A DNA stretch of 61,797 nucleotides. Source: an uncultured Acidimicrobiia bacterium. GTDB taxonomy: Bacteria; Actinomycetota; Acidimicrobiia; Spongiisociales; JAENVV01. Under the pieces are notes generated by a model. The model ran no database searches and was not told the origin of the DNA. It saw nothing but the letters and a program-made list of their open reading frames with translations. Of the stretch, positions 8,516-17,426 are shown piece after piece. Each line of letters starts with the position of its first letter. Position 1 is the stretch's first letter. The DNA is taken from the NCBI GenBank assembly GCA_964614585.1, contig CAZTLW010000002.1:1-61797 (forward strand), written 5' to 3'. The translations under genes and the position numbers were made by a program.

Positions 8516-10122
8516 TACTTGATCCGCTTCTCCTCGCCGGCCCACTCCTGCTCGCGCAGGACGTACTTCTGGATCTTGCCGGTCGACGTCTTGGGCAGGG
8601 CCTCCACGACCTCCACCGCGTCGGGGGCCTTGAAGTGGGCGAGGCGCTCCCGCACGTGGGCGATGAGGTCGGACTCGGTGACCGACCGGCCGTCCCGCAG
8701 GATCACGAAGGCCTTGGGTCGCTCCCCCCAGGTGTCGTGGGGCACCGCCACCACCGCCGCCTCGAGCACCGCCTCGTGCGACATGAGGGCCTGCTCCACC
8801 TCGATGGTGGAGATGTTCTCGCCCCCCGAGATGATCACGTCCTTGAATCGGTCCCGTAGCTCGATGTAGCCGTTGGGGTGCATCACCGCCGCGTCCCCCG
8901 AGTGGAACCACCCGCCTCGGAAGGCGGTGGCGGTCGCGTCGGGGTCGTCGTGGTAGCCGGCCATCACGTTGTTGCCGCGCATGACGACCTCACCCAGGGT
9001 CTCGCCGTCGCGGGGGACGTCGTTCATGTCCTCGTCGACCACTCGGATCGGGTCGGCCACCACGAAGGCGACCCCTTGGCGAGCCCGCAGCCGGGCCCGC
9101 TCGTCGGCAGCCAGCGTCTCCCAGGCCGGGTCGACCTCGCACACCGTGATCGGGCCATAGGTCTCGGTCAGGCCGTACACGTGCACCACGTCGACGCCGA
9201 GGTTCGCCATCTCGGCGATGATCGTCGGCGACGGGGGCGCCCCGGCGGTGGTGGCGATGAGGCCGTCGTCGATCGGGGCCGCCGACGGATCGTTGGCCAG
9301 CGAGATGAGGACCGTCGGGGCGGCATTGAGATGGGTGACGCCCTCGGAGCGGATGAGCCGCCAGATCTCGGCGGGGTCGACCTGTCGGAGGCAGACGTGG
9401 GTGCCGCCGATCGCGGTGACGCCCCACGTCGTGCACCAGCCGTTGCAGTGGAACATCGGCAACGTCCAGAGGTACACGGAGCGGGGCGTGTGACGGCTGT
9501 GGATCACCTCACCGAGGGCGTTCAGGTAGGCGCCCCGGTGGGTGTACATGACCCCCTTGGGGCGGCCGGTGGTGCCGGAGGTGTAGTTGATGGAGATGAT
9601 GCGGGTCTCGTCGTCGACCTGCCACGAGAGGGAGGCGTCCTCGCCGTCGACGACGCCGCGGGCCAGGAACTCGTCGTAGGGGGTGCCGGGCACCGCCGAG
9701 GGGCTGCCGGCGTCGTCGACGAGCACCACCTCCCGAAGGCCCTCGACCTGGTCGAGGATCGGGGCGACGGTCGCCGTCAGGCCCGTGTCCACCACGAGGA
9801 TCTCGGCGCCGGAGTGTTCGAGTATGTAGCGGACCTCGTCGGGGGCCAGGCGGGTGTTGATGGCCACCAGCACCGCGTGGCGCAGCGGGACGCCGAAGTG
9901 GGCCACGAGCATCTCGGGGATGTTGGGGCACAGGTAGGCCACCCGATCGCCCGGCTCGATGCCCGAGGCCGCCAGGGCGTTGGCCAGTCGAGTCGCCTCG
10001 ACCGCCATCTCGGCGTAGGTGAGGGCGCGATCACCATGACGGATGGCGACCTTGTCGGCGAACACCTCGCCGGCGCGCTCGAGGAAGAGGAGCGGGGTGA
10101 GCTGCGTGTCGTTGACGGCCAT
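8515..10122 (-). CDS. AMP-dependent acyl-CoA synthetase/ligase
   Basis: AMP-binding motif INYTSGTTGRPKGVMYTH and C-terminal ..LPKTSTGKIQK. Confidence 0.9.
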   Translation of the reverse strand: MAVNDTQLTPLLFLERAGEVFADKVAIRHGDRALTYAEMAVEATRLANALAASGIEPGDRVAYLCPNIPEMLVAHFGVPLRHAVLVAINTRLAPDEVRYILEHSGAEILVVDTGLTATVAPILDQVEGLREVVLVDDAGSPSAVPGTPYDEFLARGVVDGEDASLSWQVDDETRIISINYTSGTTGRPKGVMYTHRGAYLNALGEVIHSRHTPRSVYLWTLPMFHCNGWCTTWGVTAIGGTHVCLRQVDPAEIWRLIRSEGVTHLNAAPTVLISLANDPSAAPIDDGLIATTAGAPPSPTIIAEMANLGVDVVHVYGLTETYGPITVCEVDPAWETLAADERARLRARQGVAFVVADPIRVVDEDMNDVPRDGETLGEVVMRGNNVMAGYHDDPDATATAFRGGWFHSGDAAVMHPNGYIELRDRFKDVIISGGENISTIEVEQALMSHEAVLEAAVVAVPHDTWGERPKAFVILRDGRSVTESDLIAHVRERLAHFKAPDAVEVVEALPKTSTGKIQKYVLREQEWAGEEKRIK

Positions 10123-10141
10123 GGCGGCACGCTACGCGAGC

Positions 10142-11746
10142 TCAGCCGGTCCGTCCGGCCGTTCGGAGGAGTTCCCGGGCGTGCTCGCGGCCCCGGTCGG
10201 AGGCGGCGAGACCGGACAGCATGCGGGTGAGTTCGGCCACCCGCTCCTCGCCCTCGACGGCTCGCAGCGTGGCGGTGGGACCGTCCCGATCGACGACGTA
10301 GTGGCGGTCGGCGTGCGCCGCCACCTGCGGCAGGTGGGTCACGCAGAGCACCTGCGCCCCGTCGGCCACCGCCGCCAGCGTCCGTCCGAGCTCGAGGGCG
10401 GTGGCGCCGCCGATCCCGGCGTCGACCTCGTCGAAGACCACCACGGGGGCGTCGCCCACCCCGCCGGCCAGCCGGAGGGCGAGCACCACCCGACTCAGCT
10501 CGCCACCGCTCGCCGTGCGGTCGAGCGGGCCCGGCTCGAGGCGGCGGTCGGAGGCGAAGCGCAGGGCGACGCGGTCGCAGCCGTGGGCAGCCGGGTCCCG
10601 GGGCTCGAGCTCGAACGCCAGCACCGGGTCATCGAAGCCGAGGGTGGTGAGGTGGGCGGTCGCCGCGGTGGCCAGCCGCTCCCCTGCCCGCCACCGCGCC
10701 GCGGTCAGCTCGGCGCCGGCGGCCGCCAGCCGCTCGGCGGCCTGGGTCGCCTCCGCCTCGAGCCGGCCGGCATCGGCCAGCAGTGCTGCGAGCTCATCGG
10801 CCCGGGCGTCGGCCGCCTGCCCGTGGGCGATGACGTCGGCGATCGTTCGGCCGTACCGACGGCGCAGCTCCGAGAGTCGGGCGAGGCGCGTCTGGGTGGC
10901 CTCGAGGGCCTCGGGGTCGTGGGTGATGGACTCGCCATAGGTGCGCAGCAACCGGACGAGCTCGGCCAGTTCGGCCGCCACCCCCTCGGCCGGGCGGGCC
11001 AGCCCGGCGGTGCCGTCGAGTCGGTCGATGCGGCGGGCCGCCGCCACGATGTCGCCGAGTGCCTCGGTCACCCCCTCCCCCGCCGTGGCCGCCTCGGCGG
11101 CCGTGGCGGCGAGTTCCTGGGCATTGGCCAGGCGGTCGAGCACCCCCGCCAGCTCGTCCTCCTCACCGGGTCGCAGGTCGGCGGCGGCGATCTCATCGGC
11201 TTCATGGCGGGCCAACTCGGCCTCGCGCCGCAGGGCCAACTCGTCGCCACCGAGCTCTTCGAGCCGGGCGACGACCGCCGCGTGGTCGTCCCAGGCGGCG
11301 GCGTACGCCTCGGCCATGGCTTGCCCGGCGTCGTCGAGGGCGCGGTCGAGCAGGTGGCGCACGGAGGCCTCGCGCCGCAGCACGAGGGCATCGTGCTGGG
11401 CGACGACGTCGACGATCTCGGCGAGGCGACCGGCGACCTCGGCGGCGGCCGCCACCGACCCGTCCAGGTACGACCGGGTCCGACCGCCCCGGGCCAGTCG
11501 GCTGCGGACGACGAGTTCCCCGTCGTCGAGCACGAACCGGGCCGACACCGAGACCTCCTCGCTCGCCGGGCCGATCCGATCGGCGTCGAGGCCCTTCCCG
11601 AGCAGGGCACCCAGCGCGCCGACCAACAGGGTCTTGCCCGCCCCGGTCTCGCCGGTGACCACCGTCAGCCCCGGTCCCGGCTCGAGGGAGACGTCGGCGA
11701 GGACGCCCAGGTTGTGGACGACGAGCTCGTCGAGGCGGACGACCAT
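10142..11746 (-). CDS. recN: DNA repair protein RecN
   Basis: N-terminal LVVHNLGVL..VVTGETGAGKTLL, a long coiled coil, and C-terminal SGGELSRV..VFDEVDAGIGG. Confidence 0.93.
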   Translation of the reverse strand: MVVRLDELVVHNLGVLADVSLEPGPGLTVVTGETGAGKTLLVGALGALLGKGLDADRIGPASEEVSVSARFVLDDGELVVRSRLARGGRTRSYLDGSVAAAAEVAGRLAEIVDVVAQHDALVLRREASVRHLLDRALDDAGQAMAEAYAAAWDDHAAVVARLEELGGDELALRREAELARHEADEIAAADLRPGEEDELAGVLDRLANAQELAATAAEAATAGEGVTEALGDIVAAARRIDRLDGTAGLARPAEGVAAELAELVRLLRTYGESITHDPEALEATQTRLARLSELRRRYGRTIADVIAHGQAADARADELAALLADAGRLEAEATQAAERLAAAGAELTAARWRAGERLATAATAHLTTLGFDDPVLAFELEPRDPAAHGCDRVALRFASDRRLEPGPLDRTASGGELSRVVLALRLAGGVGDAPVVVFDEVDAGIGGATALELGRTLAAVADGAQVLCVTHLPQVAAHADRHYVVDRDGPTATLRAVEGEERVAELTRMLSGLAASDRGREHARELLRTAGRTG

Positions 11747-11747
11747 G

Positions 11748-12590
11748 TCAGATCCGGGGATCGCCGAGGACGCCGTCGAGGCCCTCGTGGAGGCGCAGCT
11801 TCCGCTTCAGGCTCTCGGGATAGGAGCGTCCGGAGAGGTCGATGAAGGGCACCGACGGCCCCCGGCGGATCTCGACCGACTCGCCGGGGGCCAGCACACC
11901 CACCTCGCGGCCATCGACCGCGACGGAGGCGGACCGGTCGTGGATGACCGTGCACCGGATGGCCGAGTCGGGGTCGAGCGCCACCGCCGACCGGAAGAGG
12001 CTGTAGGGGGCCACCGGCGTGACCACCAGCGCATCGACCCTCGGGTCCAACAGCGGGCCTCCGGCGCTGAGGTTGTACGCCGACGACCCGGTGGGGGTGG
12101 AGACGATGACCCCGTCCGCCCGGAAGGTCAGGAAGCGTTCGCCGTCGACGAGCACGTCGACGCCGACCATGTGCTGGCCCTCGGTCTTCTGGATGACGAC
12201 GTCGTTGAGGCCCACGGTGGTGGTGCCATCCACCGTGGCCGCCACCGCCATGCGGGGCACCGTGGGCGGGGCGGGGCCGGCGAGGCGATGGACCAACTCG
12301 TCCAGGGACCCGGGCTCGACCTCCGCGAGGAAGCCCACGCGACCGACGTTGACGCCCACCACCGGGACCCCCCGGTCGATGGCATGCCGGACCCCCGAGA
12401 GCACGGTGCCGTCACCACCCACGGCGACCACCACCGACAGCTCCCGGCCGACGGCCGGGACCCCGAGGGCATAGGCGGTGGAGGCGTCGCAGGCGGCGAC
12501 CCGCAGGCCGGCCTCGTCGGTGAGCGACACGAATCGCCGGGCGACCTCCACCGCCTCAGGGCGATCGGCGGTGACGACCACGCCGATCAC
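11748..12590 (-). CDS. nadK: NAD kinase
   Basis: VVAVGGDGTVL motif. Lies between tlyA and recN as in mycobacteria. GTG start overlaps the tlyA stop. Confidence 0.9.
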   Translation of the reverse strand: MIGVVVTADRPEAVEVARRFVSLTDEAGLRVAACDASTAYALGVPAVGRELSVVVAVGGDGTVLSGVRHAIDRGVPVVGVNVGRVGFLAEVEPGSLDELVHRLAGPAPPTVPRMAVAATVDGTTTVGLNDVVIQKTEGQHMVGVDVLVDGERFLTFRADGVIVSTPTGSSAYNLSAGGPLLDPRVDALVVTPVAPYSLFRSAVALDPDSAIRCTVIHDRSASVAVDGREVGVLAPGESVEIRRGPSVPFIDLSGRSYPESLKRKLRLHEGLDGVLGDPRI

Positions 12591-13378
12591 GGGGCGACCG
12601 CCTCGACGGCGTCGCGGATCGAATCGGCGTCGACCGGGCTGCCGGTCCGGCGCAGGTGGAGGAGGAACTCGCGGTTGCCCCCCTTGGCCCCGGCGATGGG
12701 CGAGGCGACGACGCCCACGGCGACGAGCCCGGCCTCGGCGAGGCAGGCGACGGTGTCGGTGAGCGCGGCGGCGTGGAGCATCGGGTCACGGACGATACCG
12801 CCGCGGCCGACCCGCTCCCGGCCCACCTCGAACTGGGGCTTGACGAGGAGCACCCAGTCGGCGTCGTCCTCGCCGAGTCGGGCGATCTCCTCGGCCACCG
12901 CGCACAGGGAGATGAACGACAGGTCGCCGACGACGAGGCCGAACGGTCCACCGACCGCCTCGAGATCGACGTCGCGGACGTGGGTGCGGTCGGCGACCAG
13001 CACACGGGGATCGGTGCGGAGCCGCTCGGCGAGTTGCCCGTAGCCGACGTCGACTGCCACCACCGATGCGGCCCCGGCGGCCAGGGCACAGTCGGTGAAT
13101 CCCCCGGTGGACGCCCCGAGGTCGATGACGCTCCGGCCGGTCGGGTCGATGGCGAAGGCGTCGAGCGCCGCCCGGAGCTTCAAGCCGCCCCGGGAGACGT
13201 AGGGGTGCAGGGGCGCCGCGACCCGGATGGACGTGGCCCCGTCGACCTGGGTCGCCGCCTTCGGCTGGGGGTACCCACCCACCACGACGTGGCCCTCGTC
13301 GACGAGCCGTTGGGCCTCGGTGCGCGAGGCCGCCAGTCCCCGACGCACCAGCTCGGCGTCGAGTCGCCGGCGACTCAC
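12587..13378 (-). CDS. tlyA: TlyA-family rRNA (cytidine-2'-O)-methyltransferase
   Basis: S4-like N-terminus RRRLDAELVRRGLAASRTEAQRLV and the FtsJ motif VIDLGASTGGFTDC. Confidence 0.9.
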   Translation of the reverse strand: MSRRRLDAELVRRGLAASRTEAQRLVDEGHVVVGGYPQPKAATQVDGATSIRVAAPLHPYVSRGGLKLRAALDAFAIDPTGRSVIDLGASTGGFTDCALAAGAASVVAVDVGYGQLAERLRTDPRVLVADRTHVRDVDLEAVGGPFGLVVGDLSFISLCAVAEEIARLGEDDADWVLLVKPQFEVGRERVGRGGIVRDPMLHAAALTDTVACLAEAGLVAVGVVASPIAGAKGGNREFLLHLRRTGSPVDADSIRDAVEAVAP

Positions 13379-13533
13379 CCCCCGTCGGCCTCCGCGAGCG
13401 CCGCCTCGAGGGCGTCGGCGATGCGGCCGACCAGCTCGGGCGCCTCGACCGGGTCGATCGCCCGGAGCAGCTCGATGAGGGCGATCGGGTCGGCGGGGAG
13501 CTCGGTCGGTTCGACGAAAGAGCGTTCGTTCAT
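13375..13533 (-). CDS. Small ORF (52 aa), hypothetical, translationally coupled to tlyA
   Basis: My own translation is MNERSFVEPTELPADPIALIELLRAIDPVEAPELVGRIADALEAALAEADGG*. It has high GC3, its stop overlaps the tlyA GTG (GTGA), and it occupies the same position as the small gene Rv1693. It falls below the ORF-track length cutoff. Confidence 0.35.
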   Translation of the reverse strand: MNERSFVEPTELPADPIALIELLRAIDPVEAPELVGRIADALEAALAEADGG

Positions 13534-13570
13534 GGCGCGATCATGCCACGGTGCTGCGACGCGTCCGCGC

Positions 13571-14317
13571 TCACCCGAGCAGGTCCACGACGTCGACCAG
13601 CGATCCGACCACGTGGTCGGGGGCGAACTCGGCGGGGACGGTGGCCGGGTCGTCGGTCACCCCGCTCAGCACGAGCACCGACGTCCAGCCGCCGGCCTTC
13701 GCCAGCGCCAGATCGGTCTCGGGCCGGTCCCCCACGACCACGGCGTCGGTGCCGACCAGGGCCCCCACCAGCGAGACCATCGGCGGATGGGGTTTGCCGG
13801 CCACCTCCGGCTCGGCGCCGGACGCCACCGCAAGCGCGGCGACGATGGCCCCCGCCCCCGGCCACAGGCCGGTCTCGGCGGGGAAGGTGGCATCGGTGTT
13901 GGTGGCGATCCAGCGGGCACCGTCCGCGATGGCTGCCGACGCCGTCCGGAGGGTCTCGTAGGAGAGGTCGAAGTCGATGCCGGTCACCACCTGTCGGGCG
14001 TCGGGATGGTCCACGACGGGGATGCCCCGCTCGGCGAGTGCGGCGCGGATGCCCGCTCCCCCGACGACCCCCGTGGGGACGGCATCGGCCACCGCGGCGG
14101 CTGCCAGGGCCGAGGTGAGCACCGTGGCCGGGTCGACGGCCACGCCCGTGGCCCGTTCGATGGCCCCGGCCACCTCGGCGGGTGTCCGACGGGAGTTGTT
14201 GGTGGCAAAGAGCACGTCGTGTCGGTCCACGAGCACCGCCAGGGCATCGCCGGCACCCGGCACGGCGACCCCGCCTCGATAGACGACGCCGTCGAGGTCG
14301 AGGACCACCCCCGTCAT
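13571..14317 (-). CDS. HAD-superfamily phosphatase (NagD/Rv1692-like)
   Basis: Motif I VVLDLDGVVY, then ..FATNNS.., and a C-terminal VVVGDRPETD. ATG at 14317 inside the longer ORF 13571..15052. Confidence 0.85.
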   Translation of the reverse strand: MTGVVLDLDGVVYRGGVAVPGAGDALAVLVDRHDVLFATNNSRRTPAEVAGAIERATGVAVDPATVLTSALAAAAVADAVPTGVVGGAGIRAALAERGIPVVDHPDARQVVTGIDFDLSYETLRTASAAIADGARWIATNTDATFPAETGLWPGAGAIVAALAVASGAEPEVAGKPHPPMVSLVGALVGTDAVVVGDRPETDLALAKAGGWTSVLVLSGVTDDPATVPAEFAPDHVVGSLVDVVDLLG

Positions 14318-14327
14318 GACGGGACGG

Positions 14328-15662
14328 TCACGCCCGGCCGGCCCCGTAGGCGACCACGACGGCCCGGAGCAGCGCCACGGTGCGCTCCAGCGAGGCGACG
14401 CCGATGCGTTCGTCGTCGCCATGGAACATGTCGAGGAAGGCCCCGAAGCCGAACGTGTCGTCGAACCACCCCGCGCCGTAGGCCGTGACCCCCCGATCGC
14501 GGAAGAACCGGGCATCGGTCGTCGCCGGCGACATCGCGGGGACGACGTGCTCGATGCCCGCCTCGGAGCGGTAGGCACTCGCCAGCGCCGACCACAGGCG
14601 CCCGGCAGGCTCCGACGCACTTCCCGTCCGAGCCATGTGGACCTCGTCGGCCAACCCCCCGAGATCGTCGCCGAGCACCTCGGTGAGGTGTCGTCGGGCC
14701 GCCTCGGGCGGCTGCCCGGGCAGGAGCCGCATGTCGACCGACAGGGCGCCGCGGTCGGCGATCGTGTTGGCCTTCGTGCCGGCGGCCAGCACGGTCGGGG
14801 TGACGGTGAGCCGGGTGCAGGCATGGACGTAGCGGGCGATCCCCGGGTCGCTGGTCGCCAACTCGGCCACCACGCCGTCGACCCGATCGGCGTCGACGAG
14901 ATCGGCGGCGACCCCCGGCTCGAGATCAAGGCCCTCGACGAACCGTCGCCACTCGGGGCCGATGAGCGGCGACGTCTCGGCCTCGAGCAGCCGATCGACG
15001 GCGACCGCCAGCGGCGCCAGGGCCGACCGTCGGCCGAACGGCGCCGAGGCATGCCCGGGGGTACCGGTGGCGTGGAGCGTCCTCCACGCCGGGCCCTTCT
15101 CCGCGACCATCACGGGTTGGGCGGCGGCGCCGCCGAGGGAGACCGCGGGGTAGGCGATCTCGGTGAGGAGGTCGTCACAGGCCACGAGGGTCGGTTCGTG
15201 GTCGAGCAACCACTTGGCGCCGAGTTCGCCGCCCGCCTCCTCGTCGGCCACTGCGAGGTACACGAGCCCGCCGGGTGGGGTGGGGAGGTCGCCGTCGATG
15301 ACCTCGCGCATGACGACGGCCATGGCGGCCGTCAGGTTGAGCATGTCGACGGCGCCCCGGCCCCACAGCACCCCGTCGACCACCTCGCCCCCGAAGGGGT
15401 CGCGGGCCCAGGACGCCTCGGTGACGGGCACCACGTCGGTGTGGCCCATGAGCGCCAGCGTCGGGGCCTCGGGGTCGGTGCCCACCACCCGGTGGACGAG
15501 CGATGCCCGACCCGGGTGCGGCTCGACCACCGTCGAGCCGGGACCGAGCACGTCGGCGAGGGTCTCGACGGACCGGCGCTCCCCGCCCGAGCCCGGGCTG
15601 CCGTCGTTGACACACCGATTGGCGATGAGCGTCGCGCACAACTCGGTGACGTCAGGCGTCAC
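14328..15662 (-). CDS. M20/M25/M40-family metallopeptidase (dipeptidase/deacylase)
   Basis: LALMGHTDVVPV, ..ADEEAGG.. and a C-terminal ..FHGDDERI are typical of M20. Confidence 0.85.
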   Translation of the reverse strand: MTPDVTELCATLIANRCVNDGSPGSGGERRSVETLADVLGPGSTVVEPHPGRASLVHRVVGTDPEAPTLALMGHTDVVPVTEASWARDPFGGEVVDGVLWGRGAVDMLNLTAAMAVVMREVIDGDLPTPPGGLVYLAVADEEAGGELGAKWLLDHEPTLVACDDLLTEIAYPAVSLGGAAAQPVMVAEKGPAWRTLHATGTPGHASAPFGRRSALAPLAVAVDRLLEAETSPLIGPEWRRFVEGLDLEPGVAADLVDADRVDGVVAELATSDPGIARYVHACTRLTVTPTVLAAGTKANTIADRGALSVDMRLLPGQPPEAARRHLTEVLGDDLGGLADEVHMARTGSASEPAGRLWSALASAYRSEAGIEHVVPAMSPATTDARFFRDRGVTAYGAGWFDDTFGFGAFLDMFHGDDERIGVASLERTVALLRAVVVAYGAGRA

Positions 15663-16035
15663 GGAGCGACTCCTTCCAGGTGCGGAACCGATCGTGGACG
15701 GTCCCGTCGGCGCCGATCCCCTCGCCCCGTCGTCCGTGCAGGTCGAAGCGGTAGCGGGTCGTCGGGTCGTCGGCGGCGATGGCGAGGTAGCGGGCCTCGC
15801 CCACGGGCGGGCCGGCCCGCCAGAGCAGGAAGCGGTGGATGCGGCGCAGGTAGTAGGGCGGCTCGTCGGCGCCGTCGAACCCGATCCCGTCGCCGAGCGT
15901 CAGGAGTTCGTCGGGGGCGTCGACCCAGGCGGTGGCCGGGATCCGGTGGTCCCGGGTCGGGGTCTCGGGCAGTTCGTCGGTGGTGACGGGGTCGTGGCGG
16001 AACGGGCGGTCGCCGACCGGGAGGGCGTCACTCAT
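15652..16035 (-). CDS. Hypothetical protein (127 aa)
   Basis: ORF with coding-like composition, packed between the NUDIX and M20 genes. I see no recognisable motif. Confidence 0.5.
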   Translation of the reverse strand: MSDALPVGDRPFRHDPVTTDELPETPTRDHRIPATAWVDAPDELLTLGDGIGFDGADEPPYYLRRIHRFLLWRAGPPVGEARYLAIAADDPTTRYRFDLHGRRGEGIGADGTVHDRFRTWKESLRDA

Positions 16036-16048
16036 GCCGGACCGTCGC

Positions 16049-16438
16049 TCATCCCAGGTCCTCCAGCATCTGTCGCATCGAGGCGGTCAGTGGCAGGGCC
16101 AACGCCTCGTCCCGGGTGACCCAGGCCAACTCGTCGGCGTCGTCGGCGGGGACGGCCTCACCCCCGACGACGGTGGCCCGGTAGTCGATGAGGACGAAGT
16201 GGTGGTCGTGGCCGATGCTCTCGCCCACCCACGCGACGTCGCCGACCGTCACCTCCAGCCCCGTCTCCTCGGCCACCTCCCGGGCGGCGGCCTCGACCAG
16301 CGTCTCGCCGCGCTCGACCTTGCCACCCGGGACCGCCCATTCACCGCGGCGCGGCGGTCGGCCACGCTTGACGAGCAGGAATCGATCACCGTCCTCGACG
16401 AGGACGCCGACCCCGACCAGGGGCCGAGCGGCGGTCAC
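16049..16438 (-). CDS. NUDIX hydrolase (MutT-like)
   Basis: NUDIX box PGGKVERGETLVEAAAREVAEETG. GTG at 16438 overlaps the GNAT stop (GTGA). Confidence 0.8.
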   Translation of the reverse strand: MTAARPLVGVGVLVEDGDRFLLVKRGRPPRRGEWAVPGGKVERGETLVEAAAREVAEETGLEVTVGDVAWVGESIGHDHHFVLIDYRATVVGGEAVPADDADELAWVTRDEALALPLTASMRQMLEDLG

Positions 16439-16917
16439 GGCGTGTCGTCCTCGTGGTACATGACGATGTGACGGGCGCTGAAGCCGCCCGCCTCGAAGAA
16501 GTTCTTCGCCAGTCGGTGGCCGGGCAGCACGTGGGCGTCGAACCGGTGGACGCCCCGTGCCCGGAGCTCCTCGATGGTGTCGTCGCGCATGGCCTCCCCG
16601 ACCCCCACGCCGCGGGCCTCGGGTTCGGTGAAGACGAAGTGGATGGCCCCGACGACCTCGTCCGTGTGGGGGAGCAGCGGCTCCACCCGGGCCAGCACGA
16701 ACCCACAGGTCACGCCGTCGATGGAGCCGACCCGCACCATCGTCTCGGCGTCCTCGATGGCAGCGACGAAGGCCGCATCGATGGGCTCGGGGAGGCCGTC
16801 GGCGATCGCCCACATCGACTCGAGGGCATCCATCTCCCGGGCGAGGCGGCCGTAGAGCCGGACCAGTTCCCCGACGTCGTCGGTGGAGGCGGGACGCGAG
16901 ACGACGGTCGGTTCCAT
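16435..16917 (-). CDS. GNAT-family N-acetyltransferase
   Basis: Acetyl-CoA motif ..EPEARGVGVGEAM... ATG at 16917 (MEPTVV) avoids overlap with the upstream gene. Confidence 0.75.
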   Translation of the reverse strand: MEPTVVSRPASTDDVGELVRLYGRLAREMDALESMWAIADGLPEPIDAAFVAAIEDAETMVRVGSIDGVTCGFVLARVEPLLPHTDEVVGAIHFVFTEPEARGVGVGEAMRDDTIEELRARGVHRFDAHVLPGHRLAKNFFEAGGFSARHIVMYHEDDTP

Positions 16918-16952
16918 GGGGGGCAACGGTAGACCGGACCGGGCGTTTGGCG

Positions 16953-17375
16953 TCAGACGCAGTCGCGACAGATGAGCCGCGTCTTGTTGGCGAGTTGGGT
17001 GACGCTCTTCACCAGGAAGCACTCCGTGCACACGAACTCGGTCGCCTTGACCTCCTGGCTCCCGGGATCGAGGCCGAGCTCGTCGCGGCGCATCTCCCGG
17101 ATCTCGGCGGCCTCGTCGACGAGGATGGTCTCGGGGTCGTCCTCGAGGTCGAGCTCCTCGGCCTCGAGTTCCTCGAGGGCCTCGTCCCGATCCTCGTCGT
17201 CCTCGTCCTCGTCCTCGTCGTAGTCATCGAGGTCCTCGTCGTCGTCGTCGAGGGCCTCGTCCTCGTCGTCGAGATCCTCGTCGAGGTCCTCGTCGAGATC
17301 CTCATCGAGGTCCTCATCGAGGTCCTCATCGAGTTCGTCGTCGAAATCCTCGGGGGCCTCGTCGTCGTCGGCCAC
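16953..17375 (-). CDS. DUF4193-like protein with a hyper-acidic repeat N-terminus and a C-terminal Cys4 module
   Basis: C-terminal TEFVCTECFLVKSVTQLANKTRLICRDC. The N-terminus is about 75% D/E, including (DEDL)n. GTG start with AGGAGA 5 nt upstream. Confidence 0.8.
   Translation of the reverse strand: MADDDEAPEDFDDELDEDLDEDLDEDLDEDLDEDLDDEDEALDDDDEDLDDYDEDEDEDDEDRDEALEELEAEELDLEDDPETILVDEAAEIREMRRDELGLDPGSQEVKATEFVCTECFLVKSVTQLANKTRLICRDCV
17271..17342. repeat. 12-bp tandem repeat (GAGRTCCTCRTC) x ~6 inside the DUF4193-like gene
   Basis: Read directly. Encodes LDEDLDEDLDEDLDEDLDEDL on the minus strand. Confidence 0.9.
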
Positions 17376-17406
17376 GGTGTCTCCTGGGGGTGGTCGCGGG
17401 GCCGGG

Positions 17407-17412
17407 AGTATA
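17407..17412 (-). promoter_or_regulatory. Candidate -10 hexamer TATACT for the DUF4193-like gene
   Basis: Lies inside the 11-mer GGAGTATATGG (17405..17415), which is identical to the one at 32495..32505. Fits the actinobacterial TAnnnT consensus, about 32 nt upstream of the start. Confidence 0.4.
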
Positions 17413-17426
17413 TGGCATGCCGCCGA

